Under the pieces are notes generated by a model. The model was not told where the DNA came from and made no database searches. It worked only from the letters and a program-made list of their open reading frames with translations. A stretch of 63,930 nucleotides of DNA, counting the filler, from Aduncisulcus paluster (taxonomy: Eukaryota): the NCBI GenBank assembly GCA_024181965.1. It is 9 parts of 9 records of this genome, joined end to end, with 100 filler letters (N's around TTAATTAATTAA, not from the genome) between each part and the next. Parts side by side here need not be neighbours in the genome. Positions count along the whole stretch, not along the records: positions 19,696 to 28,724 come from BQXS01011734.1; positions 28,825 to 33,293 come from BQXS01011735.1; positions 33,394 to 45,174 come from BQXS01011736.1; 6 more parts are not named here. One strand, given 5' to 3'. Shown here piece by piece: positions 25,564-36,171 of this stretch. Both the position numbers and the translations under genes were made by a program. The number at the start of each line of letters is the position of its first letter. The stretch's first letter is position 1.

Positions 25564-27132
25564 TTACTTTTTACCGAATTTCCACCATTTCTTCTCTTCC
25601 TTTGCCTGTCCCTTCTCCAAATCAGCATTGGGGTCAATGTATTCCTTAGCTGGGAGTTCCTTCATAAGAAGAGCGAGAATAAATTCAATGAAAGAAAGAC
25701 CGCACATAATGTACATGGGGGTCTGGTAATCATTGTCATCACCAACAACGGCAGAAGCCCAGATGGGACCAACCAAACCAGCGGTGGCCCAGGCAGTAAG
25801 GATGAAACCGTGGACACTGGCAACGTTCTTAGTTCCAAAGACATCGGCAAGAGTGGCTGGGAGAACGGCGTAACCACCACCATAGACAGTGTAGAGGATA
25901 AAGAACAACACGATGAAACCAACCATGTCCCCGGTCTTTTGGGAGTCCTCGTAGTTGGTGACAAAGGTGGGAAGGACACCCATAATGGCACATGCAAGGA
26001 AACCAAAGATGCAGAAAACAGTTTTACGACCAATGTAATCACTCAAGAAAGCCCAGAAGAAACGACCTCCCATGTTGGCAACAGCGGTGAGGGCCAAAAG
26101 AGTAGAGTTGAACTCGTCATTGAGAATGTGCTCCTCCTCAATAGGATCATATTCACCGAAAATATTCTTTACCATTTCATGGTAGAAGGCAAGGAAACTG
26201 ATTCCGGTGTGGATGTTAAGGAAGAGAACGAGCCAGATGTTGAAGAATTGCCATGTCTTGATGGCTTGCTTACCGGTGAGCTCCTCAACAACCTTGATGA
26301 GATCCCAGTTCCTCTTTTCCTTCTTTTGAACCTTCTCAGTCCACCAATCGACGATCTTCTTCTGGCACTCAGGAGTTCTGTTAACAATAGACTTGGGGAT
26401 GTAACCCTCGGGGGCGTAACCAGGGGCAGGCAAACGGATGAAGAAGAAGGTGGCGACGAGCATGAAGACGAGGTAAAGGCAACCCATGATGATCAAAATG
26501 ACACCAATGTCAAGCTCTTCTCCGTCAACCTTGATCTCTTGCAAAGCCATAACAAGGTAGGTCATGATAAGACTTCCTCCTCCAAAACCACAAACGGCAA
26601 TTCCAGTGGCGAAACCACGTCTGTCGGGGAACCATTTCACAAGGGTAGAAACGGGAGAAACGTATCCAAATCCAAGACCAATACCTCCAACAACACCGTA
26701 AGAAACGTAAGCGAGCCAACGGAAAGTGGAACCCTTTTCAATTTGAGCAAAGAATCCAAGAAGGATCATACCCAAAGGATAGAGAATAGAGGAAACAAGA
26801 GAGGTGAGAACGGGACCAACACGGTCAATGATAGTTCCAGCGAAGGCAGCAGACATTCCCAAGAAGAAGATGGCAATGGAGAAAGTAATTTGCATACCAA
26901 TGTCCTCATCTTCGTATTTCTCATCCAAAGCAGATTTAACACAACTCCAAGCATAAACGGAACCGATACTCATGTGAAGTAAAACGGCACCAACAGCAAC
27001 CATCCATCTCTTAAGATATTTTGGAGGGGGTCCATGGAAAATATTGTGAGTGCAAGATTGTTTTACAACGGTCTCCTCAGTAACATCCACATCACCTTTA
27101 ATGCGGTTTTCCTGTAAAACGGTCTCTGGCAT
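25564..27132 (-). CDS. MFS transporter, oxalate:formate antiporter (OFA/YhjX-like) family
   Basis: About 12 TM helices. Motifs HMSIGSVYAWS, GGIGLGFGYVSPVSTLVKWFPDRRGFATGIAVCGFGGG and SDYIGRK. The first ATG is at 27132. Confidence 0.92.
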   Translation of the reverse strand: MPETVLQENRIKGDVDVTEETVVKQSCTHNIFHGPPPKYLKRWMVAVGAVLLHMSIGSVYAWSCVKSALDEKYEDEDIGMQITFSIAIFFLGMSAAFAGTIIDRVGPVLTSLVSSILYPLGMILLGFFAQIEKGSTFRWLAYVSYGVVGGIGLGFGYVSPVSTLVKWFPDRRGFATGIAVCGFGGGSLIMTYLVMALQEIKVDGEELDIGVILIIMGCLYLVFMLVATFFFIRLPAPGYAPEGYIPKSIVNRTPECQKKIVDWWTEKVQKKEKRNWDLIKVVEELTGKQAIKTWQFFNIWLVLFLNIHTGISFLAFYHEMVKNIFGEYDPIEEEHILNDEFNSTLLALTAVANMGGRFFWAFLSDYIGRKTVFCIFGFLACAIMGVLPTFVTNYEDSQKTGDMVGFIVLFFILYTVYGGGYAVLPATLADVFGTKNVASVHGFILTAWATAGLVGPIWASAVVGDDNDYQTPMYIMCGLSFIEFILALLMKELPAKEYIDPNADLEKGQAKEEKKWWKFGKK

Positions 27133-27484
27133 AGCTGATTCACGAGGCAAAGTGAGATGACTAACCCACTCTCCTCCGGTTTCTCTCAATCGCCCTGATA
27201 AGGTGAGTATGGCAGTATCAAGCGCTATTTTAATGTATAATTTAAAATATTATTCAATAAATGACCATAGTGATGTAATATCTGTCATATAAAAACATTT
27301 ATTTACGCTAAAAATTATGAAATTTTATGATATTTCGTGTCTTAAAAGAAAAATAGAAATTCTGGAGGGTTCTTAAAGATATAAATGGATTTTATAAGTT
27401 TCAATCGCATAATAAGAACTACAACACTTCAAATATTCAAACAAATTGTGTATTTTATTTGGAGAATTCTCATAGAAATTGGAG

Positions 27485-28507
27485 ATGACATCTGGTGCTA
27501 GTTCTGAGATAATCAGAGCAAGTGGATATTTTTTTTGATTAAATCCATTATATTTGGATTATATTTTAATGTATATAGTTGGGCAAACCAATGAGATTGC
27601 TATCAGAAGACTAGTGAAAAAAATCCATGCTCTATCGGCTAATTCGTCGCTTAATAGACTTGAAAAGGAATCTGGAATTCAAAAAAAATTATTGATATCT
27701 AAGAAAAATCCACTAAAAAGCCAACCTTATTTCAAATTAGTGTCTATATATTTCAAACTGGCCAATCGTCTATTTTTTCTTGTAAAACGATTAATCCCAT
27801 TTGAATTATTAATTCCCCTTTCATCTCCAACAAATTCACTCAATAAGAGACAAATTTTACATCTATGTGCGATTGCTGTCCAAGTATTCCAGCTTTGTGA
27901 ACGGGTTTCTTGTATCGCTATAAATGCTCTTCAAAGTGCACTTTCGACCGGAATATTTGGTCATTATCCCCAATATTTATCCGTTTTGTCTGCGAGTTTG
28001 TCAGTATCAATCGTTCATATCGGTAACATTGTTGATGCAGCGAAGAATTTGTTTTCTTGTGGGAAATCAATTTATTATAATTATTCCAATGATGGAATAA
28101 CAAAAGAAATTATTGTTGACCATCCATTTTATTGTCCATGTGAGGAATGCTCGATCTTTCATTCCTCGATTCCGGCAATGCCTTCTCACGGCAAAGTCCT
28201 TTCTGAAAAACGTCAAAAGAAGAGAGAAGCGGAAATAAGGAAGAACAAGAAGCGAAAAACAAAATTTATTGAAACTCGACAACTAATCTCGGAGCACTCT
28301 CATGTTTTTTGTGATCGATTGAATTCTTCCTCGAATCTTCCTGAATCCCTTTTTACAATGTCAAGTGAATTCATTCTATTTGAGCTTCATGGCTATATTT
28401 CCCCCCATTCCACTCCCTGTGACCTTGAGGTGAAATGTGATCACTCCCATGAAATGTCCTCTTCTGTCGATCTCCATACAGGTGTCGAAATCTTTGATTT
28501 GCTCTGA
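27485..28507 (+). CDS. NEPRO/RMP1-like protein (putative RNase MRP subunit); probable exons 27485-27521 and 27579-28507
   Basis: ESGIQKKLLISKKNPLKSQPYFKLV and ALSTGIFGHYPQYLSVLSASLS resemble Nepro_N blocks. An upstream ATG exon splices in frame. Confidence 0.45.
27522..27578 (+). other. Probable 57-nt intron with non-consensus GTGGAT donor
   Basis: GTGGAT...TATATAG, AT-rich, and it contains the in-frame stop. Removal joins MTSGASSEIIRA to IGQTNE. Confidence 0.55.
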
Positions 28508-28824
28508 TATGCTGGAATTGTCATTTATTCAATTCCATTTCTGCTGTCATATCGGTGTGTGTGCTATCGTTATTGCACGATAGTCATCATAATGCGTTAG
28601 TCTCATTCAATAAACTTTCCCAACAATGCGACATGTTTCTGTTTTTTCAATTTATATTATCATTGGTCCTTCAGATTGTATCTTGATAATATAAAGATTT
28701 TCTGATCTTTCGCCCTTTACAATCNNNNNNNNNNNNNNNNNNNNNNNNNNNNNNNNNNNNNNNNNNNNTTAATTAATTAANNNNNNNNNNNNNNNNNNNN
28801 NNNNNNNNNNNNNNNNNNNNNNNN

Positions 28825-29960
28825 CTTCATCATTATTATCAATATTGGCGTTTTTCAATTGGCTTCTTGTTTGTACCATTTTAACAGAAAAATTTTGGCG
28901 TCAATTATATAGTAAAGGTAGTTTGATATGATTTTGATCAAAATGTGGCCAAACTAACTATAATGCGGTCCAATTTATTAATAAACAGATCTCGAGCGAA
29001 CCAATCTATTTTTAGAATGTCCCTGAGAATGGTCACCACAATATCCCATAATCCTCAAAATTGTCCTGAATCCTCAACCAATCTTTGATATATGGTTTGA
29101 TGAGAGTGATAATAGAGGATCGAGTGGGAAAAATTTTAGAGATATTTACAAGTGTACGCAATAAGGAATCAACAACATCACTATCCAACTTTTCCTTACT
29201 TCCCCTTTCAAGAATACGTTGAAGAGTGGCATAGATCTTCGAAAAAAAAGATGTCAAATCAATAGTTTTAAAGGTAAAATTAACACAAATACCAAAATAA
29301 TATCTGTCAACATCTCCTTCTAATATTTCCTCAACACCTGATAAATGATCAAAGAAAGTGTCAATGAGATTATCAAGATCAGACATAGGGAGAAAGATAG
29401 AATTTCCAAAAATGTTATCATGGCTTACAAACAACCCTAAGCATCGAAAACAAAGCATAATCTCTTTCTTCTGTTCAATAATCTCACTCCTTGATTGTGA
29501 TGTACGGAAGACAGAAAGTATCTCATCTCGGTATTTGTGGTAAAGATTAGATTTGGATTCTGAATCGGGGCATTTCTCTATAATTTCAGCTAATTCGATC
29601 CATTTCTTCAAAGAAGGATAACTATTGCCAAAATATCTTATATAAACTATCCTCCATCCTCTATTCTTCTAGCACCATTCCATTTTGTCATCATATTTGG
29701 GAGATAACTGAACGACAATCGATGGGACTGTGGAGAGTATAGAAATGAGTTTGGACCAAAATTTGGCCCCGAATCTATCAGGATCCTCTTCTTCACTCTT
29801 CTCCATTGCCATCTCAATCCAACTATCGAGAAGACCATCTTTAATTTATGAAAAAAGAATCGAATCGATTTCATCTGCAAATCTCACAGTTGGTTCCACG
29901 ATTCACCACAGTAAAAAAACATACATCCTCAGTCCGATCATTCAACTAATGACTCATTGA
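28825..29960 (-). pseudogene. Degraded copy of a helical (ARM-like) lineage-specific repeat family
   Basis: The continuous frame ...LSPKYDDKMEWC*KNRGW...YPSLKKWIEL has an in-frame TAG at 29669-29671. There is a further stop upstream and an apparent frameshift near 29035. Confidence 0.65.
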
Positions 29961-29998
29961 ATGAATGGGATTTTGCATCAAACCCATTCCAAATATCA

Positions 29999-32900
29999 TC
30001 AAGGCATTTGTTTGATTGCCCGTCTCACAATCTGTCGTGACCTGATTACTTTCCCTTTCTTCCTCTTGTTCTTCGTGCTCTTCTTCTGCAATGTCTCCTG
30101 CAAAGCATCGGCATCACATTCATCCTCAGCACGACCAGAAGGGACATGGACACTCTTATCTGAGGATATTCTTGGATGAGCATCATCATTCTCCTCTTTT
30201 GACGACATCTTCGGCATCGGTGTCGATTTCTTCCGTATCATCACTTTCTTCTGCAATCGCTTCTTCTGCTTCTGCTTTTGCTTCTGTTTGTTCTCCTTTG
30301 CCTTCTCTGAGTCTTGGATTTCTCTCATTCTATCGTCATCGTCAGAAGAGGAAGAACAGGAATAAGAGGAAGGAGGATTTGAATCTGGATCATGAACATC
30401 ATGTTGAATCATTACTGGAGATGTCATTGAAGGAAGAACAGACACCATTTCTTCAGCATCTTGAACTGGATGCAAGGGATGCAAGGGATGGATCTTATTT
30501 GCTGACTCCTCTTTCGTCACAAGACCTTGATTCAATAACGTCTTCTTCTTCCTCCTTTTCACAGTCACAACCTGCTTTCGATGTTTCACTTTTCGGTTGC
30601 TGAGGACAGAACTCCCAGATATCGATCGTTCCATGCGTTTGATCACACAACACAAGTAAATGATATACACAAGAAAGATGAGAATAATGAACGATAGAGC
30701 AAAGATGATGATGACAAACAGCGACCAAAATGAGTCCTCTTCGGCACACGATTGTCCATTCCATCCGTCTTCACACGAACATTCGTAGAACAATGGTAGT
30801 GAAGGAGAAGACGAAGATAACACGACACTACATGTGCCATGGGATGAGCAAAGCGAATTGGATGCTGATTGAGTCTCCACTCCACATACATCCACAGAAC
30901 ACATTGATGATGATGAACTGGAAGAAGAGGATGACGAAGAAGAAGTTGGATTGTTAGTAGCATCAGTAGCATCAGTAGCAACACTACTAACATTACCCCA
31001 TCCATACTCACATTGACACATGGCCGTGAGACTATCTTCTCCTTCACCAAGAACACATGTGCCATGACTATCCGTGGTTGTTCCACAGGTCAAGCAAACA
31101 GTGTCATTTCCAGCAATGTCCTTGTATTCAGGATGAGTCGCAGGATCAATGCATGTGGATGTGGATGCATCAGTAATGAGACCATTGGAGGAACAGTCAC
31201 ACAAATATGTGTCAGTGTCTGGTGAATAGATTCCATAGTCTGAATATGATGAAGATGGATCTGTGGAGTAATTGATTCCACACACATAATCAATGACAAC
31301 AATCGTCGGGTTTGTTTCATCATCATCANNNNNNNNNNNNNNNNNNNNGCATCAGTAGCAACACTACTAACATTACCCCATCCATACTCACATTGACACA
31401 TGGCCGTGAGACTATCTTCTCCTTCACCAAGAACACATGTGCCATGACTATCCGTGGTTGTTCCACAGGTCAAGCAAACAGTGTCATTTCCAGCAATGTC
31501 CTTGTATTCAGGATGAGTCGCAGGATCAATGCATGTGGATGTGGATGCATCAGTAATGAGACCATTGGAGGAACAGTCACACAAATATGTGTCAGTGTCT
31601 GGTGAATAGAATCCATAGTCTGAATATGATGAAGATGGATCTGTGGAGTAATTGATTCCACACACATAATCAATGACAACAATCGTCGGGTTTGTTTCAT
31701 CATCATCATCATCATCATCATCATTCACATATTCAACAGTCTCAACAGGATATTGGGTGAAACATGTTGACCCATTCCATCCAGCATTACACTCACAATA
31801 CAATGTCTCAGAAGTATCAGAAGAGGAAGATAGAGCACCAACAGCACATCGACCATGCAGACCACATTTTGACAAACTATCACAATAGAGGTTACATGCT
31901 GAGCCATAATACCCAGACTCACACACACATGTATGGGTGGCAGCATCACATGTTCCACGAGAAGATCCACTGCACAAACCAAGATTATCAGAAACAGGAC
32001 AAATGGATGAACAATTAGTGCCATACCATCCATCTGAACACTCACAGAATAGTGGGGAGGATTCATCACTAGAGTCGGAGTCAGAGTCATACACACATGT
32101 ACCACGCTCACCACCACAGTTGGAACATGCAGAAGAAGAAGCAGAAGAAGAAGAAGAAGAAGCTAACACACATTCACCAGAGGATATGTCTTCATAGTAT
32201 CCTGACCCACAGATGCATGTCAACTCTGTAACATCCACATCATCCACAGAGTAATCAACTCCACACACACGATGATCTTCCAGATATGAGCACGATGATG
32301 ATGATGAAGAAGAAGAAGAGGAAGAGTCAGATCCACATGCAGACGTCGTATCCTGGGAAACAAGTCCGAATGGGTCAGAACCATCCACATCCTCGAACAC
32401 AACTTCAACACCATCATTTCCATCGATTGATCCAGATATATCCCGCTCACAGATATCAGCGAGTGCATTCAAACACTCAGACACAGTCGACCCACAATCA
32501 AGTCTATTGTCACTCACATCAACATATGTGATTGTGGAATTGGAATCATCAACGACTTGTTGCAACAGAACAAGATCAGAGATGGAGTTGTCACTCAGAG
32601 TCAGATGTGTCACACCAGAGAGACCAGGCTGGAGTGAAACGATGGTAGGGTCAGAGATAGCATTGGAGGACAGATCAAGATGTGTCAGAGTGGATGACAA
32701 TGGATACACTTTCGTTCCCATGCATCATAACTGCCGACACACTGACCACTGCACATGGCAATGTTGTTCAGCAAGGAAGTGAATGATGACAGATCGGAAC
32801 CAATGGAATCATCACTCCCACTGATCTCCAAGGAACGCAACGAGCACAGACCAACACAGTACGATTCAGACGTTCCATTCCAGCGTGAAGTGTCAGACTC

Positions 32901-33293
32901 AAGATCCATCTTTAGAGCACCGACAGCATCCGTCAATGTGCTCAGAAGTGATACATCCATGTTTTCAAGCGAATCAAGCTCAAGTACATACAACGAGGAT
33001 AAGGATGCAATGGGTGATAGATCGGAGATGAGAGTGTTCCCAGATGCAAACGAAAGGATCTCAAGGTGTTCGGCATATTCAAGCCCTGAGAGGGAAGACA
33101 CGGTGGTTGGGATGGTGAGAGATGTGATGGTGGAGAGATCATCCACAGTCAGCGAGGAGAGAATGTTTTCAGCAGAAGAGGAAGAACATAACGATTGAAC
33201 AGCAGTAACATCATAATCAGCATCATTGTCATCAACATACATGGACTCACAGATGGCTTCAACGAGGGCAACATCCATCCCAAGGGAAGACAG
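29999..33293 (-). CDS. LRR + EGF type I membrane protein, 5'-truncated; split by the gap duplication and a 1-nt frameshift near 32718
   Basis: ORFs 32685..33278, 31090..32721 and 29999..31285 read as LRR, EGF stalk, TM (FWSLFVIIIFALSFIILIFLVYIIYLCCV) and basic tail. It is a close paralog of 14633-16303. Confidence 0.8.
30969..31708. repeat. Gap-flanking duplication, 30969-31328 = 31349-31708
   Basis: The 360-nt copies differ at one site I found (31231 T vs 31611 A). Confidence 0.9.
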
Positions 33294-33393
33294 NNNNNNN
33301 NNNNNNNNNNNNNNNNNNNNNNNNNNNNNNNNNNNNNTTAATTAATTAANNNNNNNNNNNNNNNNNNNNNNNNNNNNNNNNNNNNNNNNNNNN

Positions 33394-35704
33394 CCTCTTC
33401 TTCCTCTTTTCCTTCCTCTTTTCCTTCCTCCTTTGTTTCTCCTTGAAGAGGAGAGAAGACAACAAGGTTACAAAACGCACGAGTTCGCTCACCCACATCA
33501 ACATGAATCCGAGCTGAGTATCTTGACGGTATATGAGTTTGACCATCTTCGGACAAACTTCCAGCCTTATCAACTCCCTTTCTATCACTTTTCTTTCCCT
33601 TATCTTTCTTGGCGTCACCTCCCTTTCCTTTCTTTCCCTTGTCTCGAGCAATGGAAGCGGATCCTTCAGAGGAAGCCATTCCACCCAAAGATAGACACAC
33701 TTTCTTCTCACTATCTTGAGAAACTTTATCTTTATCGAGTTCACACTTTCCGCAAGGACACCCGCATATCGTTGAACTTTGTTCGAATTTAGGCTCAAAA
33801 AACACAACACTATCGAACAGTGTATTAACCTCATCGTAGAGGACAAATACATAATGTTCAAGCTGATCTACAACATTTTCGAGGAGAGACTCATCAGTAT
33901 CAACGAAACTGAGTCTGCGATCTTCCCCTTCTGCTTCGCTTATTTCTCCACCTGTAATTCCATCGGGATGGAGAGAAAGCATATCAGCAGTGCCAGTGAT
34001 AGAGGCCTGTCGAACTTTTCTAATATGTTCTTTCTCAATTTTGGTTCTTTTTTTATCCCGACGTAATTTTTGGACTTGAAGAGCCTTTCGAAGAGAGAAT
34101 AAGGATTCCCCACAGAGCAAAGCGTCCTCAAGTTCAGGATTCCAACGATGTCCATTCATTCTGAAGTGTTTACCCTTTTCTTCCTTACCTCTTGATCTTT
34201 CGTGAACCATCATTTCTTGATGAATGGAAGAAATTGATTCGATAGTAATTGATTCGCTCTCTTCCTCTTCCTCTTCCTCTTCTTCTTCAAGATCTTGTTC
34301 TTTAATGCTTTGCAAATCAGAGAAAGATTTATCGGCAAAAGACTTCTGAAAAGCTCCTTTCCACACCGAGAGACCTCCCCTATACAATTCAGTGCAAATA
34401 GATGGACAAGCACACACGTATCCCTTGTGACCTGTGGCAGTCTCAAACACCCCGGTGATCACATATAAACAATCGGACACAATGCCATGTTCAGTAATAT
34501 CGAGTGAGAGTGGCTTATCAGAAGGAACGGCAGAGGATTGGCCGCTTTTCTTGATCAACACAATCGGAGGTCCAGAGATAGTCTTGATTTTGGAGTGAAT
34601 TGCAGAGAGAGGATGGGTAATGTCCGCGGCAATTCGATCAGAGACTCGCGAGAAAGTGTGTGGGGTATGGTTTGGTTGTTCATGAGGAAAGAGACTAGAA
34701 AGGAAACTAATTGAGGACAAAGAACAGAGGGAATGTCCAGAATGGGCACGAATTAGAGCTTTCTGAAGTAATTGACCGAAATAAGCCTCTTGACGCTGAG
34801 ATTGATTGGTAAAGGTAGTAATAAATGGTTTTGGCAAAGATAATGATGATAAAGCCATCTCCTCATCTGATTTTATATCATGTTGTTTCTCATTATCATC
34901 GCTGCTAAAAGAAAAATCTTGACTCTCTTCGTCGGCAACTAAATCTTTAAATAAAGAATCAATAACATAATCAGCACAATAGCAAGGCACTGTATAGTTC
35001 TTCATTGGGGTTCGAATCAAAACATTATAAATTCCGGAAGATGAATCGATGAAACCATCAGGTCCAGGAGAAGATGCCGCAGAAAAATGAGTATCAAGCT
35101 TTGATATTGGAAGAATATGATCACTTTCACTATTAATTGTTGTAATAAGACATGAAATAACACTAGACATAATAATATTCTCTCTTTCAGCAAACTTTAC
35201 CAAGGAGTCAGAAGAATCATATATTTGAAGATGTTCAATGTGCGAAGGAGTCAATGTATAATCAACCTTACTCTTTTGTGACACAGAATGACCAACAATG
35301 GAGGCACTTGAAAGAGGAGCAAGAGAGGGGACAAGGGGGAACACAGTAAAATCAGAGGGAGGCATATCACATTTATATTTAGCAATAATACTCTTGCTAT
35401 TTCGAAATAATGTCGAATTAAGTTGTTCCTGTGTTGTTTGATGGACTTCTAGAACATTACTTGTGTCATCTGTTGTAGTTGGAGCAGTTTTCGCACCTTT
35501 ACCCTTTCCTTTTGCAGCCTTTGACTTCACTTCAATAGATGGCGAAGGCAAAATCTCGATAGATTCACATCCAATAGGTGTGAAAGAAGGTGTTTCACAA
35601 GAAGATTCAAAAGTAGAATATTCAAAAAAACTATATGTATTTTCATCCTTTACAACTCCTTTAGAAGAGTTTTTCTTCTTGTCTTTTGTGTTAGATTTTG
35701 CCAT
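33394..35704 (-). CDS. Divergent calpain-like (CysPc) domain protein, possibly androglobin-related; 3'-truncated
   Basis: SSSGIYNVLIR, YFGQLLQKALIRAH, HGIVSDCLYVITGVFE, WKGAF and FVLYDEVNTLFDSVVFF follow the order of calpain blocks. The catalytic QG..GDCW, H and NPWG are absent. Confidence 0.5.
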
Positions 35705-36171
35705 TATGCAGAAAATGCATACTTTATTCTATGTCTAAAAATAATCATAATTGGAACAGTATTATTTGTTTAATTAACGTTTAAGTACTTGTTATTAGTA
35801 AAAATACTCATAAAATTGCTCTTCATTTTGTAATTTATGAGTTGCGGTTTCCAACAAAAATGAGATCGATTTATTTCCAACCAGCTGTAACCAAATTCGC
35901 AAGATTATTTTCATGTGAATCAGGAAAATTCCATTTAATTGCTAAATTAAATGTATTTTCAATCCCAAATAATCCAAATTTACAAAATCCCACTCCGACT
36001 GAGCAGTCCAGTGACTACTCATATAACATTGTGTTTTCAAATTAGATAACAAAAATACTCAAACATTTAATAAAGATAATGGACCCCTTTTTTGTGTTCC
36101 AATCACAACTATCGAGTTTCGATCTATTTTTATCACGTAAAAGTTTGCAATTTTTTCTGTTTTCGACACAA

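Noticed and set aside
27110..27205. SAM-I, cobalamin or glycine riboswitch
   Set aside because: Only short word matches (CTTATC, GCCAGAGACC) are present. The conserved cores are absent.
27080..27210. U1 snRNA starting ATACTCACCT on the minus strand
   Set aside because: No U1-70K loop (GATCACGAAG), U1A loop or Sm site follows, and it would run into the CDS.
29669..29671. In-frame TAG as evidence of a TAR=Gln genetic code
   Set aside because: Intact genes here end in TAA, TAG and TGA and contain no internal TAR codons. This locus has other lesions.
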